64,000 nt of DNA from an uncultured Fidelibacterota bacterium (GTDB lineage: Bacteria; Fidelibacterota; UBA8477; JABMPR01): NCBI GenBank assembly GCA_937888365.1, contig CALBFA010000104.1, forward strand, positions 3,649 through 67,648, written 5' to 3'. This document shows positions 46,694-57,544 of this stretch, piece by piece. The notes beneath the pieces were generated by a model. That model was not told the origin of the DNA. It was given only the letters and a program-made list of their open reading frames with translations, and did no database searches. Numbering within the stretch: position 1 is the first letter of the stretch; every line of letters starts with the position of its first letter. Position numbers and translations under genes: made by a program.

Positions 46694-48925
46694 ATGTCAC
46701 AAAAAATAATTTGGACTCAAACAGATGAAGCGCCAGCAATGGCAACTTATTCGTTGCTCCCCATTGTCAATGCATTTACAAAAGCGGCAGGTGTTGTTGT
46801 CGAAAAAAGAGACATTTCATTGTCGGGAAGAATTATTGCCGCATTTCCCGAGCGATTAGAAAAAAATCAAATAATTGAAGATGAACTTTCAAAACTTGGT
46901 GCATTAGCACAACGTCCAGAAGCCAATATCATTAAGTTACCGAACATTTCGGCTTCATTGCCTCAACTGAAAGCAGCCATTAAAGAATTACAAGATAAGG
47001 GTTATCATATTCCTAACTATCCAGAAAATCCTCAAACTGACGAAGAAAAAGCTCTGCTGGGAAGATTTACAAAACTCCTCGGTTCAGCCGTCAATCCAAT
47101 ATTAAGAGAAGGAAATTCTGATAGACGTGGCCCAGCGGCTGTTAAAAATTATGCAAAGAAATTTCCACATCCAATGGGGGAATGGGACAAGGCATGTAAA
47201 TCACATGTTGCAACGATGACAACAGGCGATTTTAGGTTTAATGAAGTTTCAAAGACGATTGATAAAGACACCATTGCTAAAATTTCATTTATTGATAAAG
47301 ATGGCAATGAGACAGTATTAAAAGAAGCCACTCAACTTTCCGCGGGAGAAGTCGTAGATGCAACGTATATGAGCATCAATGCCCTTAGAAAATTCTTGAC
47401 GGAGCAAATTGAGGATGCGAAAGGAAAAGGGGTTTTATTTTCCTTACACATGAAGGCTACGATGATGAAAGTATCTGATCCGATTATTTTTGGCCATTGT
47501 GTCAAAGTATTCTATAAAGATGTTATTGAAAAACACGCAGAAATCATTGAGGAACTCGGTGTTAATTTTAACAATGGTTTAGGCGATTTATATACGAAAA
47601 TTGAAGGAATAGACGCTGTTAAAAAAGCTGAAATAGAAGCTGACATAATGGCGCTTTATAATGCGATGCCTGATTTAGCGATGGTGGATTCTGACAAAGG
47701 CATCACCAACCTACATGTACCATCGGATGTTATTATTGATGCCTCAATGCCAGCGGCGATTCGTGCATCTGGGCAAATGTGGAATAAAGCGGGCAAACAG
47801 CAGGATACAAAATTTACGATTCCTGATAGCACGTATGCGCCGCTGTACCAAGCGACCATCGAAAATTGTATTGAATTTGGGAAATTTGATGTTACCACAA
47901 TTGGCACAGTTCCCAATGTGGGTTTGATGGCTCAAAAAGCAGAAGAATACGGCTCACATCCCACAACATTTGAGTCACCTGCGGATGGAAAAATGTTTGT
48001 AAGCGATTCGGACGGGAATGTTATTCATTCGACGGATGTTGAGAGTGGTGATATTTGGCGAATGGTGATGGTAAAAGATGCGGCGATTCGTGATTGGGTT
48101 AAGCTCGCTGTAAATCGCGCACGCGCGACAGGTTGGCCAGCTATTTTTTGGTTAGATGAAGATCGCGCTCATACGCGAGAATTGTTGAAGAAAGTTAATC
48201 TTTACTTAAAAGATTATGATACGGCTGGTTTAGATATTCGCACTTTATCTGTTAAAGACGCAGCGAAACTATCGTTTGATAGAATGAGAGCCGGATTAAA
48301 TACAATTTCTGTAACAGGCAACATTTTAAGAGATTATAATACTGATTTATTCCCAATCATTGAATTAGGAACATCCGCTAAAATGCTCTCTATTGTTCCA
48401 TTGATGAAGGGCGGCGGACTCTACGAAACAGGTGCAGGCGGTTCAGCTCCAAAACATGTACAGCAGCTTTTAAAAGAAAATCATTTACGTTGGGATTCTT
48501 TAGGCGAATTCTTAGCACTTGTTCCGTCACTTGAGCAACTTGCAGCGTCAGGGAATAAAACGGCATCTGTTCTCGCTGAAACCCTCGATTTGGCGACATC
48601 AAAACTTTTAGAGAATAACAAATCGCCTAAAAGAATATGTAATACAATAGACAATCGAGGGAGTCATTTTTATTTAGCAATGTATTGGGCTGAAGCGTTA
48701 GCAAATCAAACTGAAAATAGAGAATTAGCAGACAAATTTGTGCAAATAGCCCAAGAATTAGAAAATAATGAAAATAAAATACTAGATGAATTACTCTCTG
48801 TTCAAGGTAAACCAGCTGACATAGGCGGATATTATTTTCCTAATGATATTAAAGTCAATAACGTTATGCGTCCAAGTAACACACTCAACAAAATTGTTGA
48901 TTCTTTCAGCAATTTGTTTAAATAG
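46694..48925 (+). CDS. icd: Monomeric NADP-dependent isocitrate dehydrogenase (~740 aa type)
   Basis: The N-terminus [21 protein letters not shown] and the overall length are diagnostic of monomeric IDH. Confidence 0.9.
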   Translation: MSQKIIWTQTDEAPAMATYSLLPIVNAFTKAAGVVVEKRDISLSGRIIAAFPERLEKNQIIEDELSKLGALAQRPEANIIKLPNISASLPQLKAAIKELQDKGYHIPNYPENPQTDEEKALLGRFTKLLGSAVNPILREGNSDRRGPAAVKNYAKKFPHPMGEWDKACKSHVATMTTGDFRFNEVSKTIDKDTIAKISFIDKDGNETVLKEATQLSAGEVVDATYMSINALRKFLTEQIEDAKGKGVLFSLHMKATMMKVSDPIIFGHCVKVFYKDVIEKHAEIIEELGVNFNNGLGDLYTKIEGIDAVKKAEIEADIMALYNAMPDLAMVDSDKGITNLHVPSDVIIDASMPAAIRASGQMWNKAGKQQDTKFTIPDSTYAPLYQATIENCIEFGKFDVTTIGTVPNVGLMAQKAEEYGSHPTTFESPADGKMFVSDSDGNVIHSTDVESGDIWRMVMVKDAAIRDWVKLAVNRARATGWPAIFWLDEDRAHTRELLKKVNLYLKDYDTAGLDIRTLSVKDAAKLSFDRMRAGLNTISVTGNILRDYNTDLFPIIELGTSAKMLSIVPLMKGGGLYETGAGGSAPKHVQQLLKENHLRWDSLGEFLALVPSLEQLAASGNKTASVLAETLDLATSKLLENNKSPKRICNTIDNRGSHFYLAMYWAEALANQTENRELADKFVQIAQELENNENKILDELLSVQGKPADIGGYYFPNDIKVNNVMRPSNTLNKIVDSFSNLFK

Positions 48926-48945
48926 TCTTTAACAAAAATAAAAAT

Positions 48946-48972
48946 AAAAGGGTCTCAATAAGGCCCTTTTTT
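48946..48972 (+). terminator. Rho-independent terminator after icd
   Basis: The hairpin AAAAGGGTC-tcaataa-GGCCCTTTT is followed by a T-run. Confidence 0.6.
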
Positions 48973-48993
48973 AAATTAACGAGGAGGTCATCG

Positions 48994-50574
48994 TTGACTA
49001 TGAATTTAAGCAAGATCGGAATTTCAGAATCTGTAAAGGTTTTACGAAATCTTTCAGGAAAAACCTTGTGTGATATTTCAGTCAAAAATAATCAAGGTAA
49101 ATATTCAAAAACGGGAGCTTTACTAGTCTATACCGGAAAACATACGGGAAGAGCGGCAAAAGATAGATGGCTTGTGAAAGAAGAAAAAACATCAGATTTA
49201 GTCAACTGGAATAAAACGCATCAGGCTATATCAGAAGATAATTTTGATAAACTTTATGCGTTGATTACAAGCTATTTATCTAAAAAAGAACAAGTCTATA
49301 TGTTTGATGGTCGAGTCGGTGCCGATATAAAGACATCAAAAAAGGTACGCGCTATTAGCGAATATCCTCATCAAGCGTTTTTTATATCAAAGCTACTTCG
49401 ACAAGCGAGTGAAAAAGAACTTGAGAATTTTGAAGAAGAATTACTCATGATTTCAGCCTCCGATTTACTTGTTGATAATTATAAGGACTATGGACTTAAT
49501 TCAGGGACATTTATCGTGACCCATTTAACGAAAAACATAGTCATCATAGGTGGAACACATTATGCTGGAGAACGCAAAAAATCGGCATTCTCCTGGATGA
49601 ATTTTATTTTACCTGATAATGACGTTTGCCCAATGCATTGCTCTGCCAATGTGGGACATGATGACAAAGTGGCCATTTTCTTTGGACTTTCAGGAACGGG
49701 TAAAACGACGCTTTCGGCTGATGAAAATCGTTTCCTAATAGGCGACGATGAACATGGTTGGACCGCTGATGGTTCGGTTTTTAATATGGAAGGCGGATGT
49801 TACGCAAAAGGCATTGATTTAGACAAAGCCAATGAACCTATCATTTGGAACGCTATTAAAGAAGGGTCAATGGTTGAAAATGTAGTTGAAAAAGCTGGAA
49901 TTAATGATCTTGATTTTGATTTTTCAGACACATCATTTACGCAAAATTCACGTATCGCGTACGGAATGGAAAATGTTCCGAATCGTATAGATTCAGGCGT
50001 TGGTAAAGGTGTTAAGACAATCATTTTCCTAACTGCTGATGCATCAGGTACGATTCCACCCGTTGCGAAATTGAATATCGATGAAGCCAAATATCATTAC
50101 ATCTCTGGTTACACATCAAAATTAGCTGGAACTGAAATAGGCGTGACGGAACCTGTCACAACATTTTCTGCTTATTTTGGAGAACCATTTTTTGCGAGAA
50201 AACCAATGGTGTATGCTAATATATTAGCTAAGAGAATTGAAGAAAATCCAGGTGTCTCTGTATTTCTAATTAACACTGGCTGGAATGGAAAAGGGAAGCG
50301 TATTTCCTTACCGAATACACGAGCCATTGTTACAGCTGCACTGGACGGAAAATTAGATAAGGTAGAGTATAAAAATCACAGCATATTCAAATTTGCTGTT
50401 CCAAAGAGTTGCCCAGGATTATCAGATCAAAGCATATTAGACCCAACACATTCATGGGCTGATAAAGATTTGTATTGGGAAAGTGCAAAAAAGCTAGCAG
50501 TAAAATTCTCTGAAAACATTAAAAAATTTAATGATTTGACGGATGAAGTAATCGTAGCCGGACCCCATAGATAG
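48994..50574 (+). CDS. pckA: Phosphoenolpyruvate carboxykinase (ATP)
   Basis: The kinase-1a motif GLSGTGKTTLS is present, along with PEPCK-ATP-specific regions such as IGGTHYAGERKK. Confidence 0.92.
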   Translation: MTMNLSKIGISESVKVLRNLSGKTLCDISVKNNQGKYSKTGALLVYTGKHTGRAAKDRWLVKEEKTSDLVNWNKTHQAISEDNFDKLYALITSYLSKKEQVYMFDGRVGADIKTSKKVRAISEYPHQAFFISKLLRQASEKELENFEEELLMISASDLLVDNYKDYGLNSGTFIVTHLTKNIVIIGGTHYAGERKKSAFSWMNFILPDNDVCPMHCSANVGHDDKVAIFFGLSGTGKTTLSADENRFLIGDDEHGWTADGSVFNMEGGCYAKGIDLDKANEPIIWNAIKEGSMVENVVEKAGINDLDFDFSDTSFTQNSRIAYGMENVPNRIDSGVGKGVKTIIFLTADASGTIPPVAKLNIDEAKYHYISGYTSKLAGTEIGVTEPVTTFSAYFGEPFFARKPMVYANILAKRIEENPGVSVFLINTGWNGKGKRISLPNTRAIVTAALDGKLDKVEYKNHSIFKFAVPKSCPGLSDQSILDPTHSWADKDLYWESAKKLAVKFSENIKKFNDLTDEVIVAGPHR

Positions 50575-50592
50575 TCTCAAAAACATAAAAAT

Positions 50593-50620
50593 AAAGCCAC
50601 TCGTTATGAGTGGCTTTATT
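50593..50620. terminator. Bidirectional intrinsic terminator between convergent pckA and the EEP-family gene
   Basis: A perfect 10-bp inverted repeat (AAAGCCACTC-GTTAT-GAGTGGCTTT) is flanked by A/T runs on both sides. Confidence 0.7.
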
Positions 50621-50641
50621 GTATCTAAAAAGTAGATCGAT

Positions 50642-51658
50642 TTAATTTAATATTATCTTACAGGTAATCATTAGATGATCTGAATACCCACCAAGGTATT
50701 GACCTCCACCAAACATTCGAAAAGGCGCACCCTCATATTTCCCTGATTGATTAATAAGGTAAGAGGGCATATTGGGTAGAGTCGAATTCGTTTGCCATGA
50801 AAAACCTTTTTTATCAAGCATCCCTTGAGACACAATAATTTGATCTAATACACCCCATTCGCCACCATAAGCATGTGTCCCTTGACCCGGTGTTTCATGA
50901 AGATGCCAAGTTGTGTTGAATAGATCGCTAGGTAATAATACTTCAGGTGATTCCTTTGCCGAAAGAACTTCGTAAATGGAAGGCATATTTGGATAATCAT
51001 TCAAATCACCCATGACAATAATATCTGCATTGGGTTGGGTGGCTTCGATAAGGTTAATTCGATCACGCAAAGTCTGGGCTGCAATACGTCGCTTTGCATC
51101 TGTCTTTTTGCTTCCACCGTAATGCGAAGGCCAATGGTTGACAAATACATAAAGCTTTGCATCGCTATTTTCATCAATAGGCATAAACACACCCTCAATT
51201 ATTTCTCGACTTGTATCTTTATAACCTAAGGGAATGCGATGAAAATAAGTTCCAACCAATTTAAATCGAGATGCATCATACAATAATGCGGCGTCAATTC
51301 CTCGCTCATCCGGTGAATCACGATGGATGATTTGATAGTTACGATTGAGTTTTGAATTTAGGGCGTTTAGAACCTCAATATTTTCAATTTCGGCAAAACC
51401 GAGAATATCGGGACCTCGTGTTTCGTTCACATCATTGATGGCTCCCGAAAGTAGTTCAATTTTATATCTGAGTCTTTCAGGAGTCCATTCATATTGTCCT
51501 GTTGGTGTGAATTCATCGTCTTTAGTTTGAGGATCATCGATGGTGTCAAACAGATTTTCAACATTCCAAAACGCTATAAAATAAGTGGACATCGGTCCAC
51601 AATATATTTGTGAACCGAATAGTATAAATAGTATTAAGATGCGCCTCAAAGGCTTCAT
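50642..51658 (-). CDS. Secreted endonuclease/exonuclease/phosphatase (EEP) family protein
   Basis: A signal peptide is followed by N-terminal WNVENLFD and C-terminal SDH, fitting the EEP fold. Confidence 0.7.
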   Translation of the reverse strand: MKPLRRILILFILFGSQIYCGPMSTYFIAFWNVENLFDTIDDPQTKDDEFTPTGQYEWTPERLRYKIELLSGAINDVNETRGPDILGFAEIENIEVLNALNSKLNRNYQIIHRDSPDERGIDAALLYDASRFKLVGTYFHRIPLGYKDTSREIIEGVFMPIDENSDAKLYVFVNHWPSHYGGSKKTDAKRRIAAQTLRDRINLIEATQPNADIIVMGDLNDYPNMPSIYEVLSAKESPEVLLPSDLFNTTWHLHETPGQGTHAYGGEWGVLDQIIVSQGMLDKKGFSWQTNSTLPNMPSYLINQSGKYEGAPFRMFGGGQYLGGYSDHLMITCKIILN

Positions 51659-53505
51659 TACATTTCTTTTTCCGCGAGAAGTAATTTACGCTCGTCAAAC
51701 ATTCCAGATTCCCATAAATCTTGTGTCATATAGACGACACCTTCGTCGTTATGAGGCGTCCCGTACGTGCTGTGAACAGATTTTAGTCCACCAAGCCACC
51801 AACGATTATCGGAGATATAAACAAGGTCACCGACTTCAGCGGCCATCAATTCCATAGCTTTTTGAGAAAATCTTAATTCGGATGGCTCTGAATCGATAAG
51901 TTTATAACTCACTTTAACTTTTTCACCGTCACGGTCATTGGGCTTACTTCCTTTAAATAATTCTCGAGCCGTTTCAAGAGTCCAAGTTGTAAGTCCTGCG
52001 ATTTCCGCATCCGTTTTTGATTTTGTAAAGAATGTGACAATAACACCCACAGAAATACAAGCCAAAGTATTGTACAGAGCCCTTATGTATGAATAGGGGT
52101 GACCAATATCCATCGTAATACCATGGTCAAAAGGAGCTATAAATGTTGCTGGATAATGACCTCCAATAAAAATAAGAATAGCGCCGCCAATAAAGGTCGA
52201 GATTGCCGCGGCCGTTGTATAGCGTTTCCAAAAAATACCAAGAAAAATGGCTACTACGAGAGGTGGCGTTAATGTGCTGTGAAAAAATCCATGTGCCTGA
52301 TATAGTGTCGGGAAACTTGCGAAGAAGACAACTGAGCCTGCTCCAATGACGGTTGTGACAGCACTGATAATCATTGCAGCTTTTAAGTAATGTTTGTCAT
52401 CTTTATCTTTAACGATTGGTTTATAAATATCGTTGATAACAACGGCTGCAACGGCGTTGATAAGCGTATCAACTGTTGACATCAAAGCGGCAGCGACGGC
52501 GGCTATCATAAATGCAAAAAGAACTTCTGACGTCGTAATAAGTGATGCTACATACGTAAAAACGTGATCAAGCTTGATGGCGGCATCCCATTTTTCAGGC
52601 GTTAATATGCTAATGGATTTACCAATCCAACCGGCATTTGATACTACAATAGTTGAAATTGGGAGTAAAAATAACACGTTAAAAGCCGCGGCTTTCCGAC
52701 CTTCATGGACAGATTTAGTCGCCATAAAACGCATAATCAAGCCTTGATTCATAAAGAGAAAACCAACACTTCCTGCCACACCATCTTGCCAAAAAATACC
52801 AACAAAATTGAAATCAGGTGGCTGGTTAAAATGAGCCAGGGGTAATTTAAAATCAGGGGGCAATGAATTCCAGAAAATATCGAAACCACCAATGAAATTA
52901 ATACCCATAATGAAAATAAGTATGCCTGCAAAAATAAGTATAAAGCCTTGTGCAAGGTCTGTGAAAATTACCGCTGTTTGTCCACCAAATGTAATATAAA
53001 TACCTGCTATTACAGCAACGACGCCAATTATAGTATATAAATCCCATCCCAATAAAGGCTCGAGAGTTTTGCCCATGGTTAAAAAGCCGATAGCAATATA
53101 GCCTATCATATAAAGCAATAATGCGATTGTGGCTAATATCCTTACATTAGATCCGAATCTCTTTTGGAAATAGTCAGGAATTGATTTTACACGTGTGTAA
53201 TACACGATTGGAAGCCATCCAAAAAGGAAAAATGGCATAAAAAACCAGTCGTTTAAATAGGTCATGGTTGAGGAAAAACCATGCTCAAATGCTTTAGATG
53301 AATATTTTAAAAATGAGTGAGAGCCGACACCTGTTGCGACAATAGACATCGTGATAAGCCACCATGAGAATCGACGTCCACTAAAAAAGAAATCGGATGT
53401 AGTTTTATTATATTTTGCGAAATAGGAACCAAATCCAAGAATAAGTACAAAATATCCTATAATAATTGTCCAGAAAATTGGAGAAGTTTGTATTGCTGTT
53501 TCCAT
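51658..53505 (-). CDS. Sodium:solute symporter (SSS family) with ~100-aa cytoplasmic C-terminal extension
   Basis: A 13-TM SSS topology with the family-conserved N-terminal segments. A DUF4212-like small-subunit gene lies upstream on the same strand. Confidence 0.8.
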   Translation of the reverse strand: METAIQTSPIFWTIIIGYFVLILGFGSYFAKYNKTTSDFFFSGRRFSWWLITMSIVATGVGSHSFLKYSSKAFEHGFSSTMTYLNDWFFMPFFLFGWLPIVYYTRVKSIPDYFQKRFGSNVRILATIALLLYMIGYIAIGFLTMGKTLEPLLGWDLYTIIGVVAVIAGIYITFGGQTAVIFTDLAQGFILIFAGILIFIMGINFIGGFDIFWNSLPPDFKLPLAHFNQPPDFNFVGIFWQDGVAGSVGFLFMNQGLIMRFMATKSVHEGRKAAAFNVLFLLPISTIVVSNAGWIGKSISILTPEKWDAAIKLDHVFTYVASLITTSEVLFAFMIAAVAAALMSTVDTLINAVAAVVINDIYKPIVKDKDDKHYLKAAMIISAVTTVIGAGSVVFFASFPTLYQAHGFFHSTLTPPLVVAIFLGIFWKRYTTAAAISTFIGGAILIFIGGHYPATFIAPFDHGITMDIGHPYSYIRALYNTLACISVGVIVTFFTKSKTDAEIAGLTTWTLETARELFKGSKPNDRDGEKVKVSYKLIDSEPSELRFSQKAMELMAAEVGDLVYISDNRWWLGGLKSVHSTYGTPHNDEGVVYMTQDLWESGMFDERKLLLAEKEM

Positions 53506-53514
53506 TATTTTCTC

Positions 53515-53745
53515 CTACCAGTTAAGTGCGGCGTATGTTAAAAAAAAGTGCATTCCGAGGTAATAAAAATAGCCAAAAAATAAAATGGCAAACCATTGAC
53601 GATGCTTTTTTAATGAAAGATTAATTGATTTAGCTTTGAAAATGATAAACATTCCGATAAAGAAAATGATTCCACCAACCCCGTAAAGATAAAGGAATGG
53701 CGCCCATGTTCTGAGAAAAGGTAAGGCTATAGTTGTTTCGTTCAT
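53515..53745 (-). CDS. Small two-TM membrane protein, putative SSS-transporter small subunit (DUF4212-like)
   Basis: A 76-aa protein with two hydrophobic helices, sitting 9 bp upstream of the SSS gene on the same strand. Confidence 0.55.
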   Translation of the reverse strand: MNETTIALPFLRTWAPFLYLYGVGGIIFFIGMFIIFKAKSINLSLKKHRQWFAILFFGYFYYLGMHFFLTYAALNW

Positions 53746-54052
53746 TGTATCAAATCTCCCTTGTTTTTGATGGCAGAAAGTAAAATAGGAAAGTGTGAAT
53801 CAAACAATATTCGAGAATTATTGGTCGATTTATTTGAGTCAATCGTTCACTCAATAATTTTTATAATTATTTTGACACAATCAAGATTTAAAGGCGAAGT
53901 TTTTTATTAAGGTATGTATATTTATGCTGGCAAAGTATTTGCTCATTGAGCCTTGTGAAATCAATAAAAATGAATACTTATAAAAATGGATGTTGTCATC
54001 TGCAGTGAACGGAATATTTTTATATTACAAAATAGAAGAGGAGTAAACAAAT

Positions 54053-54421
54053 ATGGCTAAATCTCGAGGTTTTGTCGCTGTTAATACGGAAGAGTGTAAG
54101 GGATGCAAACTTTGCGTAGATGCTTGCCCTGTTGATGTACTTTCAATATCGAGCCTATTCAATGTTCATGGTTACAATCATGCAGAATATGAAGGTCAAG
54201 GTTGTACTGGTTGCGGTGTATGTTTTTATGCGTGCCCTGAACCAGGCGCATTAGTTGTGTTTAAAAACTGGGAAAAGGTACGGATGAATTATCACGTGAT
54301 AGAAAAAGATATTGTTATTCCACTTCAAATTAAAGATGCCAAAAAAGGTATCGCCATGAGTGAAGATGGTGCTTTTGAAGTCGATTTATCGCAATTTAAA
54401 AATTTACATTTTACGGAGTAA
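54053..54421 (+). CDS. korD: 4Fe-4S dicluster ferredoxin subunit of 2-oxoacid:ferredoxin oxidoreductase (delta-like)
   Basis: Two CxxCxxCxxxCP motifs are present ([12 protein letters not shown] and [12 protein letters not shown]), and the gene precedes the alpha and beta subunit genes. Confidence 0.7.
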   Translation: MAKSRGFVAVNTEECKGCKLCVDACPVDVLSISSLFNVHGYNHAEYEGQGCTGCGVCFYACPEPGALVVFKNWEKVRMNYHVIEKDIVIPLQIKDAKKGIAMSEDGAFEVDLSQFKNLHFTE

Positions 54422-54424
54422 TAA

Positions 54425-55486
54425 ATGGCAAAACAATTAATTAAAGGCAATGAGGCCATCGTAAAAGGCGCAATCCTAGCAGGATGCCGAGCCTATTTTG
54501 GATATCCCATAACACCTGCAAGTGAAATCGCTCATGCAGCGGCGCGATATATGCCTCTTGTCGGTGGAACGTTTCTTCAAGCTGAAAGTGAAATCGCAGC
54601 AATCAATATGGTTTATGGTTCCGCAGGTACGGGCATGAGAGTTATGACAGCTTCCTCAAGTCCTGGTATGAGTTTAAAACAAGAAGGTATTTCCTATATA
54701 GCCGGCGCTGAATTGCCCTGTGTTATTGTTGATATCATGAGGGCTGGACCTGGTTTAGGCAATATCGCTCCTGAACAAAGTGATTATCACCAGATGGTTA
54801 AAGGCGGTGGTCATGGTAATTATAAAAATATCGTATTAGCGCCCAATTCTGCTCAAGAAATGTGTGATCTTACGATTCTTGCCTTCGATTTAGCCGATAA
54901 ATATAGAAATCCTGCTGTTGTTTTGGCAGATGGCTTTATCGGGCAAATGATGGAACCGGTACAGTTCCCTGAACCTACCACCGAATTTATTGACAAAAAT
55001 TGGGTCGTAAGAGGCATCAATGAAGATAGAGAAAATCTAATCTCCTCTATAGAAATTGATCCCGATGATTTAGAACGACATAATGAAAAATTACAAAAGA
55101 AATATGCTTTTATTGCACATAAAGAAGTGCGAGTAGAAACCTATGAAATAGAAGATGCTGAGTATGTTCTAATCGGTTACGGCATCGTCTCAAGATTAAT
55201 ACAGACGGCAGTTGATCAACTTCGTAACGAAGGTGTAAAAGTGGGTATGTTGCGTCCTATTACATTGATGCCTTTCCCAACAGAAATTATTTCAAAACTT
55301 GGTGATAATCCAAATATTAAAGGCATATTTGTCTCTGAATTAAGCAATGGTCAAATGGTCGAAGATGTTCGACTTGCTATTAATGGTCGGAAAAAAGTAT
55401 GGTTCCATGGGCGAATGGGTGGCAATATACCCACAACACAAGAATTAGTTGATGAACTAAAAAAACATATGAAAGAGCAATCATGA
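54425..55486 (+). CDS. korA: 2-oxoglutarate/2-oxoacid:ferredoxin oxidoreductase alpha subunit
   Basis: The protein spans the POR/KOR alpha-subunit domains (pyrimidine-binding and transketolase-C-like) over its full length. Confidence 0.85.
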   Translation: MAKQLIKGNEAIVKGAILAGCRAYFGYPITPASEIAHAAARYMPLVGGTFLQAESEIAAINMVYGSAGTGMRVMTASSSPGMSLKQEGISYIAGAELPCVIVDIMRAGPGLGNIAPEQSDYHQMVKGGGHGNYKNIVLAPNSAQEMCDLTILAFDLADKYRNPAVVLADGFIGQMMEPVQFPEPTTEFIDKNWVVRGINEDRENLISSIEIDPDDLERHNEKLQKKYAFIAHKEVRVETYEIEDAEYVLIGYGIVSRLIQTAVDQLRNEGVKVGMLRPITLMPFPTEIISKLGDNPNIKGIFVSELSNGQMVEDVRLAINGRKKVWFHGRMGGNIPTTQELVDELKKHMKEQS

Positions 55487-56910
55487 GCGGTCAAATATTA
55501 AGCAAATCCTCAGGTTTTTTTGATGATTATATTCATAAACCAGGAGAAGATAAATCTTCAACACATTATTGTCCCGGTTGCGGACATGGTATCCTTCACA
55601 AATTAATCGCTGAAGCTTTAGTCGATAATGATGCCACAGAAAAAGCCGTATTCGTTAGTCCAGTGGGCTGCTCCGTATTCGCATATTATTATTTTAATGC
55701 CGGAAATTTTCAGGCAGCTCATGGACGAGCTCCAGCTGTCGCCACAGGCATTAAACGTTCATTACCTGATTCGGTTGTTATTTCGTATCAAGGCGATGGT
55801 GATCTTGCGGCTATTGGTGGGAACGAAATATTGCACGCCGCAAACCGTGGTGAAGCGATTAGCGTTTTCTTTGTGAATAACGGAATCTACGGCATGACAG
55901 GGGGGCAGATGGCGCCTACAACATTGGTGGGTACAAAGACCACAACAACGCCCTATGGACGTACCTTACGCAACGAAGGCTATCCCATTCAAATGGCTGA
56001 AATAATAGCATCTTTAAAAGCACCTGTATATGTTGAGCGCGTCATGATGGCTGATACAAAATCAATAAATGCAGCACGCAAGGCTGTGCGTAAAGCCATC
56101 AAAAATCAAGTTGAGAAAAAAGGTTTTTCCTTTGTTGAGATATTATCTACCTGTCCAACGGGATGGAAAATGACGCCGGTTCAATCACAAGAATGGTTGA
56201 TCTCGACTTATCAAGAGCATTTTCCTCTGGGTGTATTGAAAGATATTTCTGACCAAGTCGAGCCCTTAAACTTAGATCACAACTATGCAGAGTTATCGCA
56301 AGTGCCAACACTTATTGATCTTCCTAAAGAAAACTTTGAAGTCCATAAAGAAAATATTCCAGACGTCGTTGATGAAGAAATTATAGTCGCTGGTTTTGGC
56401 GGACAAGGTGTTTTGACTTTAGGCGTTTGGCTTAGTGAGATGGGAATGCGTGAAGACTTGAATGTTTCATGGATTCCATCATATGGTCCAGAGATGCGTG
56501 GGGGAACGGCAAATTGTAATGTAAAAATGTCGACGAAACGTATTGGAGCTCCCGTAATAGCACATCCAACGGTGCTTATTGTCATGAACAAACCTAGTCT
56601 TGATAAATACGGTGAAACCTTAGTAGAAAATGGCATTATGTTGTATGATAGCTCATTAATGGGTGATGACTTAGAGCGAACAGATATCGTTAAAATTCCA
56701 GTTCCTGCTACGAAAATTGCAAACGAACTTGGCAATACTCGCATCAGTAATGTGATATTCTTAGGTGTGTTAACAGGTTTATCGGATTTCTTAGATGAAT
56801 CGGTTGTAAGAAACACATTGCCAATGATCTTTAAAAAACGACATTTACTTGACATCAATTTAAAAGCTTTTGAGAGAGGTTTAGAAATATCAAGAGCTTA
56901 TAAAAAATAA
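55483..56910 (+). CDS. korB: 2-oxoacid:ferredoxin oxidoreductase beta subunit (TPP-binding) fused to the gamma subunit
   Basis: The N-terminal ~280 aa contain the TPP-binding GDGD region. The C-terminal ~190 aa carry [12 protein letters not shown]...GGTANCNV, typical of gamma subunits. Confidence 0.8.
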   Translation: MSGQILSKSSGFFDDYIHKPGEDKSSTHYCPGCGHGILHKLIAEALVDNDATEKAVFVSPVGCSVFAYYYFNAGNFQAAHGRAPAVATGIKRSLPDSVVISYQGDGDLAAIGGNEILHAANRGEAISVFFVNNGIYGMTGGQMAPTTLVGTKTTTTPYGRTLRNEGYPIQMAEIIASLKAPVYVERVMMADTKSINAARKAVRKAIKNQVEKKGFSFVEILSTCPTGWKMTPVQSQEWLISTYQEHFPLGVLKDISDQVEPLNLDHNYAELSQVPTLIDLPKENFEVHKENIPDVVDEEIIVAGFGGQGVLTLGVWLSEMGMREDLNVSWIPSYGPEMRGGTANCNVKMSTKRIGAPVIAHPTVLIVMNKPSLDKYGETLVENGIMLYDSSLMGDDLERTDIVKIPVPATKIANELGNTRISNVIFLGVLTGLSDFLDESVVRNTLPMIFKKRHLLDINLKAFERGLEISRAYKK

Positions 56911-56921
56911 AGGGGGTTAAG

Positions 56922-57389
56922 ATGGCAGTCAAAATTTCGAAGATTTTATTCGCTACTGATTTTAGCGAATCCGCTAATCATGCATTGAGTTATGCTGTTG
57001 ATTTGATGAAAAAATACAATGCGAAACTTCTGATATTACATGTCATCGAACCCATCATAACTCCTGTTGACTTCGCTTGGGGAACGTATAATTACCCAGA
57101 TATTGAAAAACAAGTGAGAGAATTTGCAGAAGAGAAAATGAAAACTCTTGTTGTTGAGTCTCTACCCGATGGATGTCAGTGCGAAACTGAAATCATTTTG
57201 GGGAAACCGTGGCGAGAAGTTGTCACCTATAGTCGTGAAAATTCAATCGACCTCATTGTACTTGCTTCACATGGTCAAAGTGGCATTAGCCATGCAATAT
57301 TTGGAAGCACTGCAGAAAAAATAATTCGAAAATCGTCGTGTCCTGTTTTTACTATAAAACACCCTGAAGCTGAATATGAAAGGCCTTAA
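56922..57389 (+). CDS. Universal stress protein (UspA family)
   Basis: The protein begins KILFATDFSE and has the ATP-binding-type motif ASHGQSGISHAIFGSTAEKIIRKSSCPVFTIK. Confidence 0.8.
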   Translation: MAVKISKILFATDFSESANHALSYAVDLMKKYNAKLLILHVIEPIITPVDFAWGTYNYPDIEKQVREFAEEKMKTLVVESLPDGCQCETEIILGKPWREVVTYSRENSIDLIVLASHGQSGISHAIFGSTAEKIIRKSSCPVFTIKHPEAEYERP

Positions 57390-57544
57390 GGGCGACTCAT
57401 TATTTGCATAATAGGCAGAGACATTGGCTAGAATATTCTGTAATTAATTGCGTTAATCTAGACAATGATTCTCCTTGTAAAAACAGGTATTGTGATATTT
57501 CATAAAATAATTAGGCTACATGCATCAATAGAAGAGGAAGAATT

